Part shown: positions 48,191-59,463 of the stretch, piece by piece
Position numbering within the stretch: the stretch's first letter is position 1
How the letters are laid out: every line of letters begins with the position of its first letter
Assembly (NCBI GenBank): GCA_010093605.1
Contig: MU004199.1
Coordinates: 124,001-188,000 of the forward strand
Source of the DNA: Lophium mytilinum
Taxonomy: Eukaryota
Reading direction: 5' to 3'
Length of the DNA: 64,000 bases
The notes under the pieces: model-generated
The model's database searches: none
What the model was told of the DNA's origin: nothing
The model's input: only the letters and a program-made list of their open reading frames with translations
Program-made: the position numbers and the translations under genes

Positions 48191-50592
48191 AGACTGGCGG
48201 GAATAAACCTCTGAAGTTTGACTGAACTGGGAATGCCGAAGCCTTGCTGACGGGGCCGGAGGGGGCCCGAAGAGTGAAGGTCGCGGCACACCTTCCAAGA
48301 GGTCGTCAGATATTAATGATCGCAAGACATTGAATCGTAACTTAAGTTCTTTGCAAGTACGATGACTCGTGGCGGTGAAAAGAGAGTTGTGAGAACCTGG
48401 TTTTTTGATGGAGAGAAGTGCGAGCTAGCCTTGTCGAACCTCGAGACGCGGTGATCCCTTCGGCATCCTTCACTCGGCAGACCTTCTTCATCGGAATCAA
48501 CCCGTCACGAACTCTCGGTTCGGACCGAATTGCCTCCAGATGACTTGCTGAATTGATGTAAGAGGCTCATGTTGCGCATGATACTTCTGTTTCGTCGAAT
48601 ACGGTGGCTTTGGAGCACGTCAATTCGATTTGACCTCCTTTAAGACGTTTGATAAAATGCCTAGCTTTAGAGTTCACGAGGTTATCGGCTGAAGGCTCAT
48701 CCTCCAAGGTTCTTGTACAATCGAGGGCCGAACATATTTAAGGATACCTTTCATTTTCATCTACATGGGCTTCGAGAGAGGACGACAAAACGGTCCTGGT
48801 TGTGGGTACTAAAGGATATTCAGCCAGTCGCCCTATTTGAGTTACTTCGTCTCACATCTTCCAGGCACCTCCCCCGCAGACCACTTTTTGTCCTCATATA
48901 AGCGACCTCCCGGCCCCGGAAAAGTACTGCCAAAACTTCCATGTTCGGCTTTTCTTTTCTTGAAGAAAGGCGCCAAACAAGATTAGATCCTAATGACTAC
49001 CTCTCGGGACAGATCCAACAGACCATCTAAGCAAATCATGAATCATAAAAACCTCAGACGAACTAAGGACGGATGGCCAGATTCGGCAGCCCGGCGATTT
49101 AGCGATTTCAGTAGGCACATTATTTCTCACCGACTGCCGCTCGATGACGGAGACCAAAGTCGCGGGACAAACGCTCCCAGCAATGGATACTGAATGCACG
49201 TTGGCGGACTGAAGTCTCCTTAGACTTATGGTGCAATGGGGAGTTGTAATACTTTTGCCAGCTTCCAGGGTATGGCGTGTGCAAAACCATCTACTTTATG
49301 TCATTTCATGTATTCCAGACGACTCCGGAAAGCCGTTCTAGCTCAGACGCTTGAAAGCTCTGCGGGAAGGCAACACTAGAAAACCATAGGCTTCAGGCGA
49401 CTCGTGCTATGGACCTAGTGAAGTTGTCTGTTTTTCAATCCGGCTCATATGGACAACATTTCTTCTCTCAACCCCGCACTTTGAGATGCAAGACGAAGCG
49501 CCTTTCTTCGATATCACTGATATGATGCTTAATTATCAGCCTAATCCACGGTCGCCAGATTGCTGGCTCCATCGCGTTTCGGTCGTCCATTGGAGATACC
49601 ACACTCGCATTCGTATAGACTCTGAAATGAACCTCCAGGCTCGGGGAAAATCCTAGCAGGGTATTCCTTTTGAAACTAGACGCGCGCCTCAGGATTTAAA
49701 GTGATTACTCGGGAGGACTCCACATGAATGTGTGCAGTTTATGATTTTGGAAAGACAATCTAGTTGGTTGCCAGCTCAAAAAAGTCAATCAGGTGAGAAC
49801 GAGGTCGACTTACATGTATAAGAGACGCTACAAGCACTACACTGTATCGACGCCCACTCTCATCTCCGTAGCACTGCGTGGGCTATGGAACTGTAACAGA
49901 CGAAGAAAGCGGTGTGAGGTTGCACCTGGGTACGAAGGAGACGACGACTATGCACGGCCGTTCCCGCCCTGTCATGAGGCGGAGCGCACCAAGCATTTTA
50001 GTGCTCGTCAGCAAATCGAAAGGCTGTAAACTTGATCTTGGCGTTTCACACCGCAGCCAACAGTTGGCGCCCAAATTCTCCGGCTGCTTGGGGGCTGAGG
50101 GGAGTGGCGCCAGCTATGCGCAGTCACAGAAACGGCACAGCCAACGGCTGATCCCGACACCCAAACACAACTTCGACGCCGCAGACTCATGAAACCCTTC
50201 CCACATCCCCTTCGAATCCTTTGGGGCGAGGAGCTTGCAGTCAAAACTGTGGAAGGTGCCTGCAGAGTCAACATGCACTCGAAACCCCAGTCACTACAAC
50301 TCCGTGAACTGTTGCCTTCTTCGTATAGGTCCAGGAACGGGCCAAAAACGGTCAACCACAGACCAATTCCTTCCTTGGCAAGACTCAGCAAGCTTGGAAG
50401 CTGAGCCATCGTGTTGCATGAATATGAGCATATAACTATTGCTTTACGCCTTTCTTCTACAGTCATCAACAGCAACAAAGCTTGACATTTCCTTGCCCTA
50501 TTTCTTTCCTGCTCTTATCCTTCAACTTCCTTCGACTTCCTTCATTCTACATTATTCTCCTGTTTTTCAACACGGCCAAACAAACGAACGCT

Positions 50593-51834
50593 ATGAAATA
50601 CTCCTTCGCATTCCTCCTCTCTCTTGGCATGGCCTCCGCCACGGCCACCACCAACCCTACCATCAAAGCCCCCCAACCCACCGACTCCCTTCCCAAAGGC
50701 CACAGCAAACTGATCGTAACCTCCGGCCCCGGCCGCATCAGCTCCGTCGACTTCGATGGCTCCGCATTCAACATAACCAACAAGATCGTGACCGCCGGTA
50801 CAAACCCCAGCTGGGCCGTCTTCAAGAAACCAAACTTCCTCTACACCGTCAACGAAAACGCCAACACGATCGGCCTCTTCACCTACGACCGCACGACCAA
50901 CAAATTCGACAACATCACCACCAACGCCGGCAGCACCGGCGTCGTCTTCCTCGAATTCAACAAAGACCAGTCGCACATGGTCGGCGCCAGCTTCACAAAC
51001 GGCAGCATCGACGCCTGGGACACCAGCGCCAGCGACGGCAGCCTCAAACTCCTCAAAACAACCAAGCTCGACGACAAGCTCGGCGGCAACACCCTCTTCC
51101 AGACGGCCGTGCAGGCCCACCAAGCCGTGCTGGACCCCTCGGGCCGCTTCTTCATCGTGCCCGAGCGCGGCGCCGACACCCTCTCCGTCATCGACTCCAA
51201 AGCCGACGCCTTCAACGTCGTGCAGAAAGTCCGCGTGGAGCCCGACGGCTGCGGCCCGCGCCACGGCACCTTCATCAAGAGCTGCACCGGCGATAAGGCG
51301 ACGCACTTCGTGTTTGTGTGCGAGCTGAAGAACGTGATCCAGCTGTATAGCGTCGCGTACACGGATAAGGCGCTGGAGCTCACGCATGTGCAGACTGAGA
51401 GCACGTTTGGGAAGGACATGCCGTCGAAGAACCCGACCGATACGGTCGCGGATGCGACGAAGACGTTTGCGGCGGCTGGGGAGTGCGTTGTTGCGAGTAA
51501 CCAGCGGGATATCTATGTGTCGAATCGGCTGACGGGGAATCCGGCCGATAGCATTGTGCATTTCACGCTGGAGCGGGATGAGCAGACGGGCACGGCGAAG
51601 CTTGTGTTTGGAGAGTCGGTTAGTAGTTATGGGATTTCGCCACGGATGTTTAGTCTGGCGTTGGGGAAGGAGGATGTTCTGTTCTCTACGAATCAGAACA
51701 ATGGGACGGGGCTGTTGGCGTACAAGAGGGATGCCGACGGGAAGCTGGCGGTGATTGAGGATTCGAAGGTTGATATTGCGAAGTTTAGGGACTCGGTGGC
51801 GGAGTTTGGACCTGAGTTTGTGCAGCAGATCTGA
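50593..51834 (+). CDS. Secreted lactonase, 7-bladed beta-propeller (6-phosphogluconolactonase/aldonolactonase-like)
   Basis: Signal peptide MKYSFAFLLSLGMASA; NPSW, LYTVNE, AHQAVLDPSGRF, GCGPRHGTF, IYVSNR, GISPRMFSL. Confidence 0.87.
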   Translation: MKYSFAFLLSLGMASATATTNPTIKAPQPTDSLPKGHSKLIVTSGPGRISSVDFDGSAFNITNKIVTAGTNPSWAVFKKPNFLYTVNENANTIGLFTYDRTTNKFDNITTNAGSTGVVFLEFNKDQSHMVGASFTNGSIDAWDTSASDGSLKLLKTTKLDDKLGGNTLFQTAVQAHQAVLDPSGRFFIVPERGADTLSVIDSKADAFNVVQKVRVEPDGCGPRHGTFIKSCTGDKATHFVFVCELKNVIQLYSVAYTDKALELTHVQTESTFGKDMPSKNPTDTVADATKTFAAAGECVVASNQRDIYVSNRLTGNPADSIVHFTLERDEQTGTAKLVFGESVSSYGISPRMFSLALGKEDVLFSTNQNNGTGLLAYKRDADGKLAVIEDSKVDIAKFRDSVAEFGPEFVQQI

Positions 51835-51990
51835 GGGAGGGCGTGTCTTGCGGTGGTTTTCTTGCATTTGCATCTGCATAGCGTTGCTTCTTGTATGATT
51901 AGTTGCCCTTTCGGTGTGGTATGTGACTCCTTGATGGAGCGTATCATTCCCAATAGATTATATTGATACATGCCCATCCTTCATGCTTGT

Positions 51991-52410
51991 GTACACTGGT
52001 TTGATACCGTCTGAAGCCCCTCAGCACATTTTCACGAGCTGCCAAAGAACAGTTTCCCCAAGGCCGGTAGCCTTCTGGGCCACCTCAGACGGCGTCAAGG
52101 CCCTGTAGCTCCTATAGTATTCCAATGCGAGGACCGTGTTGTGTACAATGGCTTGACCCCGTCTGAAGGCCCCCAGTAGAATTTCAGAAGCCGTAAAACC
52201 ACAGTTTCGGTGATTGTGATAGCCTTGCGGGCCATCTCAGACGCTCTCAAAGCCCTGTAGCCCCTGCGGCCTTCGACTGCGTCGGAGTTGCTGTGCACAC
52301 TGGTTTAACACCGTTTGGAGTCCTCCAGCACCTTTTTAGAACCCGTAAAACCACAGTTTCCATGATCATGACAGCCCTCCAGGCCACCTCAGACGGTATC
52401 AACCCCGTGT
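51991..52410. repeat. Three 152-bp tandem units, each bounded by 14-bp imperfect inverted repeats (MITE-like)
   Basis: Left arms at 52001, 52153, 52305; right arms at 52085, 52237, 52389. The outermost arms TTGATACCGTCTGA / TCAGACGGTATCAA are a perfect inverted pair. Confidence 0.88.
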
Positions 52411-52518
52411 AGAACTGAGCCGAGCTGGCCCGTCATACCACCAAAAAGAGTAGTCTCAATAAGTAACAAATGGCACGAAAGAGGGTCCCACTCACCACAG
52501 AGCGGCAAAAAAGAAACA

Positions 52519-52662
52519 CGCTCCCTCTCGGATTCGAACCGAGGATCTCGTGATAGTTACAGCCCTAAGATTACGAACTCTGTCCCAGCCGAAGCCAGAA
52601 CGAGGTTACAGTGATCCGTAACTGCGTGTATATCACGCGCTCTACCACTAAGCCAAGAGAGC
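52519..52662 (-). tRNA. tRNA-like gene with 72-nt structured insert; nominal anticodon TAC but non-canonical loop (A33)
   Basis: Acceptor stem GCTCTCT/AGGGAGC, A box TGGCTTAGTGG, anticodon stem CGTGA/TCACG, T arm CTCGG-TTCGAAT-CCGAG, downstream T6 terminator (52507-52512). Confidence 0.8.
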
Positions 52663-52809
52663 ATTTGTAATTGATGGAAGTAGGGCTGGTTTAGACGGTA
52701 CTTGTAGAATAAGAGGGGGCCGCCGGGGGGGAGAGGAGCTTGGGGGATGCGGTGCGGGTTGAGAATGTGGGCATCCGGTGGGCGCGGGGTGAGGTGGCCT
52801 GGTTGTGTT

Positions 52810-53460
52810 AGCTATTACTTATAAGAGTAGAAATACGTTGCGTATAGACTTCTAGGAGTGTGCTAAAGCACGTAATATAGATATAAAGGCCTAACCTTAT
52901 AGCTAGAATAGAGATTTTCGCGGATGTTAATAAAATTAAAGAAATTAGAGGTTTTCACTTAAAGAAGGGACTGAACGCATGTGACTTAGCTAGGATGCCT
53001 CTCTCTACATAAAGTGAGGCCTATCTCGACAGGCTAAGGTTTAGAGGTGAGGAGGTAGTAAGATTACAGGACGCGGAAGAAAAAATAGGAAAGAAAGTTG
53101 CAAATTAGGGCAAAGTTTTATCTGTTTCCTCTTTTTAGAAGTGTGCGTAAGCAATTTGCATAGTTACGCAGTAATATAAATATAATTGCAATAGGGTAGT
53201 CTAGAGTTTCAAGCTATAGAGTTGCTTTGCAACTAATATTGCGGAAGAAACTGTGCAGTCCTAGACTGCAAGTAGAGCTGGGCGCGGCAGAAATCCCTTA
53301 AGTGGGCTTAGAAAGGACGCAGTACTCAATATTTCCGCGAGGAGCGTACAGTGAAGTTAGCAGTATTTCTTAAGATGCTAATCTTGATGAAGAGTGAGGC
53401 CGAACGCGACGTCCTGTGGTTGAGGAGTGAGCAAGATGTGAGGTTGCGGGCGGAGCAACT
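52810..53460 (+). pseudogene. AT-rich, TpA-rich decayed coding remnant (RIP-like)
   Basis: Abrupt AT richness with many TA dinucleotides; protein-like frames (IFADVNKIKEIRGF..SEAYLDRLRFRGEEVVRLQDAEEKIG) broken by TAA/TAG stops. Confidence 0.4.
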
Positions 53461-53513
53461 TAAGACGGGAAAGCCCGTCCCTCCACCACATTTCAGACAC
53501 CTCTCCACTCACA

Positions 53514-55160
53514 ATGGCACCTATGCCATCCGCCCTCTCGTACGAGCTACTTGCAAAATGCTCGGTACGAGATTTGTTCACTGTAGGACCATAGATAGCT
53601 AAACCGCAATGTAGGTCACAAAAGCACGAGCCGCAATTCTCCACCTCCCCCACGGTCCCGTCCCCCTCCCGATCTTCATGCCCGTGGCTACCCAGGCCTC
53701 TCTGAAAGGCCTCACACCGGAACAACTAGAAGAGACAGGATGTCGGCTATGTCTGAACAACACATACCACCTGTGAGGCGTTCCAGCGAACTACTAGAAC
53801 CGTAGACAATTCTGACCGTGGTGGAAGAGGGTTGAAGCCAGGACAAGCAACACTCGACGCGATAGGCGGCGCCCACAAGTTCCAGTCATGGCCGCATAAT
53901 ATCCTCACAGGTGTTGTCCCCTCGATCCCGAAGACTTGAAATTGGGGGCAGTAGCTGATTGTTGCAGACAGTGGTGGGTTGGTGACCCTGTCAAATTCGT
54001 GGACGAGGGAACAACAGCTGACGCCAAAGTCAGCTTCCAAATGGTGTCGCTCTTGAAACTTGCAAAGGTTACGGAGGAGGGGGTCAAGTTCTTAAGCCCG
54101 CACGATGGGACACCAATGTGAGGGCCCTGAATATATCTTACCCTGCGGACCTGACAGAGGAATCAGGCTCCTAACCCCCGAACACTCCATCTCCCTCCAG
54201 AACTCTATCGGCTCGGATATCATCATGCAACTGGACGACGTCATTGCGACTACATCGCCTGATCTTGCGCGGATGGAGGAAGCAATGGACCGGTCGGTAC
54301 GGTGGTTGGATCGCTGCATCAAGGCACACAAATACCCGGAGAGGCAGAATTTGTTCTGCATCATCCAAGGAGGCCTGGATCTAGACTTGAGGAAGCGGTG
54401 CACGAAGGAGATGGTCGAGCGGGATACACCTGGGATTGCCATCGGTGGCCTTTCTGGCGGCGAGGAAAAAGCGGCATACTGCAAAGTGTAGGACGCCTGT
54501 GAAATGGCACCTCGGCCTTGGAGCACTGTTAACAACTAGACCAGAGTCGACACATGTACCAGCCTGCTACCGGAGAAGAAGCCTAGATATGTCATGGGCG
54601 TCGTAAGTATATCCAGAGCCCTCCGATCGCACCTCAGTCTAATAGATTGCAGGGCTACCCTGAAGACCTAGTTGTCTCCATAGCCCTCGGCGCAGACATG
54701 TTCGACTGTGTCTGGCCCACGAGGACTGCTGTAAGCACAATCTCGAGAATTTGTCCTGGCTTTCGGCGTCTAACAATATATGTAGCGCTTTGGTAACGCG
54801 GTCACTTCCACCGGCGTCCTGAATCTGCGCAACGCCTCTTTCCAAAACGACTTCACTCCCGTGGAAGAAGGCTGCACTTGCGTATGCTGTAGACCGAAGG
54901 AAGATGGAGGCCTAGGCATTACAAGAGCATACATATACCACGTCGCCGCAAAAGAAACCGCCGGAGCACATCTGCTCACGATACACAATGTCCAATACCA
55001 GCTGAATCTCATGCAGCGAGCTCGGCAGGCTATCCTGGAGGACAAGTACCCGGCATTTGTGAAGGAATTCTTTGGAAAGCTCTACCCGGACAAGACTAAA
55101 TTCCCGGCATGGGCTGTCGAAGCGCTGAACGGGGTGGGGGTGGACTTGCTTGCGGATTGA
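53514..55160 (+). CDS. TGT: Queuine tRNA-ribosyltransferase catalytic subunit, multi-exon
   Basis: [17 protein letters not shown] / ..[21 protein letters not shown] / ..[11 protein letters not shown].. / [30 protein letters not shown] / KPRYVMGV / [14 protein letters not shown] / [14 protein letters not shown]. Confidence 0.93.
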
Positions 55161-55806
55161 GAGGCGGCAATCGAATACCATAGATATACAGTGGAAGCAG
55201 CTGCTTAGCATGCCTCGAGAAATTTATAGAGATCTAAAGCGCTTTGTGCGGCGATATAAGAGGGCGGTTTAACCAATAGACTTACAACTTATCCATTGAT
55301 GAATTTGAAGCACTTGGAAGCCCCCTGAGCTTTTCGAGACGCGTCCACGTAGATCACTAGTCTCTCGCTGTAGAACGAAGCTCCGGATCATGTCTTAGAG
55401 ACATTTATGAGCGCAAGACAGCGGAAGTTGACCTCGCCCACGTGATGGGAGACAGCAGTGGCAAGTACTACCGGTAGCGGTGCTGCAATTCCTGCTTTCT
55501 GCGTCTCGTAACAGTGAAACGCTTTTAGAGCATTGTATTTTGATATCCCCGCAAAGTCGGGCCGTCAGCCCTATATCGTTATAGACTAAAAGGAGCGTGC
55601 ATGCGTCTCGCTTCCTGGCCGACGGTCGAACGACTGGGACTAGCTTTCTGCCGTCCTACTTTATCTCCCGCAACGCGCCAGCGTCATCGCGTAGTCCACA
55701 ACACCTCCACCACTTTGTGTCGTCTCTGTCTGCGAGACACCAGACAAGACACACTTCTCATTCAACCCGCTACTGTCGCTGGGCACGCGACTGTCCGTCT
55801 GCCACG

Positions 55807-58800
55807 ATGCAGAATCCACCGCCCAACGACCCCCTTGTCGCCAACCCGCGAGGTCGGTCAACAAACAACGTCCACACCCGCCTGTCGCTTTCTACAGCGT
55901 CCAACACCCCTCTCCCACCTTCACCCGGAGGCAACAGCTCTCCGCTGCGCGTCACTGACCATCAGCGCTTCGGAACCTCCCCGAGCGCTCACAGAGCACC
56001 CTCAAGCCCGCTCCGCCGTAGCTCCAGCACCATGAGCTTGTCAGGGCGTTCAGCTTCACCCGCGCTCGGTAGAAAGATCTCGAATTCTTCCTTGCGCAAC
56101 GGCGAATCACCGGCGACCCCGCGCCGAGCTCCCTCGCAGATGTCGTCCTCTCGACGCGCCTCATTCAACCCCTCCAACCAACAATCACCTGGCTTTGCAC
56201 CATCTCCACTCGCCGCCCAGATGGAGGAAAAGGCGCCGCTCACGGCGTCAGAGATCGCGCAAGAGTACTTCAGCAAAGAGTTGGAGCTACACAAGGAGTC
56301 GTCAGGAGCGGGACACACAGACACGGTGGTCATCATCCACGACCAGTGCTATGGCCACAGATTCTCCCGTCCGAAGACTGGCTCAGCAGATCTGATGACT
56401 ATCGTGGAGCGTCCAGAGCGACTGTTAGCTACGGCACTGGGAGTCTCAGTCGCTTATGTTAGGCTTGGAGGCCGCCATGCTGAGGGACAACATCCACCGC
56501 ACCCGAACCGCGACCCAAGCCAGGACATCCCGTTCAGGATCCGCAAGACCGATCGCTCTGTTGACATTACCTCAGCCGTTGTCAAGAATGTGCATGGTAC
56601 GGACTGGATGGACGAGCTCAGGACAATGTGTGACACTGCCGAGACGAAGCTCGCCGGTAATGGTAAAGAGAAGGAGCTGGGCAGAATCGACGGCCCTAAG
56701 ATCTCGAAGGTCAAGAAGCCGAACTTCCACCCCACTGATCTGTATCTTTGCTCTGAGTCTCTGAACGCTCTTCAAGGCGCTCTCGGAGGGGTATTTGAGG
56801 GAGTGGACGCAGTTTTCCATGGAACGCTGTCGGGAACAGGACCGTCCCGCGCCTTCGTCACCGTCCGCCCACCAGGTCATCACTGCTCTGCGGACTTCCC
56901 ATCTGGCTTCTGCTGGCTGAACAATGTCCACGTGGGCATTGAGTACGCTGCAATCACCCACGGCTTGACTCACGCCGCGATCATCGACTTTGATTTGCAT
57001 CACGGCGATGGATCCCAAGACATTACCTGGTCACACAACGCCAAGATCTCGAAGTTGCCTAAGAATGCACCAGCCTCTAAGCGAACTTCCATCGGTTATT
57101 TCAGTTTGCACGACATCAATTCGTATCCTTGCGAGGATGGTGATAAGGAGAAGGTTCAGAACGCTAGCCTCTGCATTGAAAATGCACACAATCAGACTAT
57201 CTGGAACATCCATCTTCAGCCCTGGCGGACACAAGTCGAGTTCTGGGCGTTGTACGAGGCCCGATACCAGATTCTGATTGAAAAGGCTCGCGTCTTCTTG
57301 AAGCAGCACTCAGCCCGTATCCGTGCTCTACCAAAGGGTGCACTCCGACCCAAGGCTGCGATTTTCCTGTCGGCAGGTTTCGATGCCAGCGAACATGAGA
57401 CTGAGGGCATGCAGCGACACAAAGTCAACGTGCCTACCGAGTTCTATGCCCGTTTCACCCGCGATGTTGTCAATATGGCTCAAGACGAGGAGACTGGCAC
57501 TGAGGGCCGTATCGTTTCTGTACTTGAAGGAGGCTACTCGGACCGTGCCCTGTGCAGTGGAGTGCTCAGTCATCTCAGTGGACTCTGTGATGACCAGACG
57601 ACCGGATATTCCCAGCAGCGCACGCCTAACACTGGACTGGGCTACGAGATGAGCCAACGAATGGGTAAGATGAGGCTGCAAGAGGAGGACGTTCCAATGC
57701 CGAGCACAGAGCCGAACTACGATCCGTCATGGTGGCAGGAAGGCAATCTCGAGTGGCTCGAAGGTCTGGTTGCCCCGCCGCCTCCCATCCCGCCCAAGAA
57801 ACCTAGAACTAGCGTTCCTCCGACCTACTACTCACCTACCGCATCATTCAGTGCGAAGGTCGTGGACCCTACGAAAGTCCATCGTAATGTTTCTGGTTCG
57901 ATCAAGTTCACGTCCGTCAGTCCGTCGCGTGCTCCTACTCCACCACCGCCGGAAGTAGAATGGCCCATCGCAGCTCACGAACTGAGCAAGCTGCTCATTC
58001 CAGCGAATAGACAGACAAAGAGCTGCACTGCAGAGGACCTCTCTGAGCCTCAAGTCAAGCGGGAGAGACATTCCATCGCGCCAGCGACGCTCACTGTCGA
58101 ACCAGTTGCCAGTGGTCGACAACTGCGAGGCAGAAAGCCCAAGGCTCCTACTTACGCAGAACCCTCCTCCGATGTGGATAGCTCCTCCCTTGCAGCTGCG
58201 ACTGCCACCAAGAAGTCCGACCGCCGACAAACAATGGCAGACTTTACTCCAGCCCGAGCGCAGACAGTCGCACCGCGAGTTACATCCAGACGTCTGAGTG
58301 TGGCTTCGAGCATTGGTTCGGTAAATGGAGATGGAACTGCGAGTCGGGCTTCTAGTGTTGTTGCATCACGGAAGTCTAGTGTTACGCCGGCCCCATCTTC
58401 CAACGGAGTGACTGTCCGCAAGGCGAGAGCCCCATCTCAAGTGCCATCCGAGACTGCTAGGTCCCGCACAATGAAGACCGAACCGCCTGTGCCTAGGGTT
58501 CCTTCGGGATACCTCAAGGCGCCAGAAAAGGAGAACGACATCGATCAGATCACATCCGGCCTTCAACGCGTCAAGCTGAGGATGCCTACAAAGGAGCAGC
58601 ACGATGCGAAGGAGAAACAAGAGAGGAGTGAGAGATCGAAGGCCAGAAATGAGGCACTGGCGGCGAGATTGAAGGCAGCTGTAGATGCAAAATCTCCCTT
58701 ACGCAAGCCTGCGATCGTCCGCACTAAGTCGTCCACATCTGTCAAGTCGACGACAACAACTCGCAAGCCAGTTGTTAAGAACGCTGAGGCCTCCGTGACG

Positions 58801-59463
58801 CCTCCAGAGACTGTCGCTCCGCCAGTACTTCCGCAACCCGCTATTCTGCCACAAGACGTTCCTTCAATTCCCGCAGTGTCAAGGTCGATCAGTGACCCAA
58901 TCCAACCCCCGACGGTTCTTATGGACCTAGATATCGAGCCCGGCCAGTTGCCCAAGAACAACTTTACCACAGTCGCTGAGCCGATCTCTTTGGCTACGTC
59001 TCCTCCGCGCCCAGATACGCCCCCCCCGCCGCCACCGCCGAGTCTACCGCAATTCAACGAGTTCATCGCGTACACGCATCCGTCGCAACAGCATACGGAT
59101 GCTCTGAAGACGGCCTCTACGCATGCGCAGCCGCAGCAGCTTCAGTGGCAACCCCCGAACTCGGACATAGCTCTGCCGTCTCCAGTTACACGTGCGGATG
59201 TCAAGAAGATGCCAGTGTTCACGGCACGTGGAAAGATCCCGTTTGCGCAGAATCCGAAGCAGGAGAGCACGGCTCGCCGCACAAGCAATTCACACCCCTA
59301 CATGCATCTGGAAGGGCAGGAGAACACCGGTGCCACAAACGCCTTCCAGTCTCATATTGGCGGTCAGGCTCCGATCAAGCAGGACTCTGTTCATTCTACC
59401 CAGCCCAAGGACGAAGAGATTGCAGAGGACGAGTGGGAGATTTTCGAGGTTCCGCACACTTGA
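55807..59463 (+). CDS. HOS3: Histone deacetylase Hos3/HosB
   Basis: IVERPERL, DLYLCSESL, RPPGHHC..PSGFCWLNNVHVG, DFDLHHGDGSQ, SLHDINSYPCE, SAGFDASE, SVLEGGYSD; long disordered C-terminus. Confidence 0.93.
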   Translation: MQNPPPNDPLVANPRGRSTNNVHTRLSLSTASNTPLPPSPGGNSSPLRVTDHQRFGTSPSAHRAPSSPLRRSSSTMSLSGRSASPALGRKISNSSLRNGESPATPRRAPSQMSSSRRASFNPSNQQSPGFAPSPLAAQMEEKAPLTASEIAQEYFSKELELHKESSGAGHTDTVVIIHDQCYGHRFSRPKTGSADLMTIVERPERLLATALGVSVAYVRLGGRHAEGQHPPHPNRDPSQDIPFRIRKTDRSVDITSAVVKNVHGTDWMDELRTMCDTAETKLAGNGKEKELGRIDGPKISKVKKPNFHPTDLYLCSESLNALQGALGGVFEGVDAVFHGTLSGTGPSRAFVTVRPPGHHCSADFPSGFCWLNNVHVGIEYAAITHGLTHAAIIDFDLHHGDGSQDITWSHNAKISKLPKNAPASKRTSIGYFSLHDINSYPCEDGDKEKVQNASLCIENAHNQTIWNIHLQPWRTQVEFWALYEARYQILIEKARVFLKQHSARIRALPKGALRPKAAIFLSAGFDASEHETEGMQRHKVNVPTEFYARFTRDVVNMAQDEETGTEGRIVSVLEGGYSDRALCSGVLSHLSGLCDDQTTGYSQQRTPNTGLGYEMSQRMGKMRLQEEDVPMPSTEPNYDPSWWQEGNLEWLEGLVAPPPPIPPKKPRTSVPPTYYSPTASFSAKVVDPTKVHRNVSGSIKFTSVSPSRAPTPPPPEVEWPIAAHELSKLLIPANRQTKSCTAEDLSEPQVKRERHSIAPATLTVEPVASGRQLRGRKPKAPTYAEPSSDVDSSSLAAATATKKSDRRQTMADFTPARAQTVAPRVTSRRLSVASSIGSVNGDGTASRASSVVASRKSSVTPAPSSNGVTVRKARAPSQVPSETARSRTMKTEPPVPRVPSGYLKAPEKENDIDQITSGLQRVKLRMPTKEQHDAKEKQERSERSKARNEALAARLKAAVDAKSPLRKPAIVRTKSSTSVKSTTTTRKPVVKNAEASVTPPETVAPPVLPQPAILPQDVPSIPAVSRSISDPIQPPTVLMDLDIEPGQLPKNNFTTVAEPISLATSPPRPDTPPPPPPPSLPQFNEFIAYTHPSQQHTDALKTASTHAQPQQLQWQPPNSDIALPSPVTRADVKKMPVFTARGKIPFAQNPKQESTARRTSNSHPYMHLEGQENTGATNAFQSHIGGQAPIKQDSVHSTQPKDEEIAEDEWEIFEVPHT

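Noticed and set aside
50542..51879. 445-aa antisense ORF, and similar shadow ORFs over RRP8 (31375-32202) and the adaptin (62438-63397)
   Set aside because: Explained by codon bias of real genes on the opposite strand; no domain motifs.
55300..55340. Sixth copy of the dispersed motif after TGT (cacttggaagccccctgagcttttc)
   Set aside because: Lacks the CCGTCTG core; similarity too weak without a profile score.
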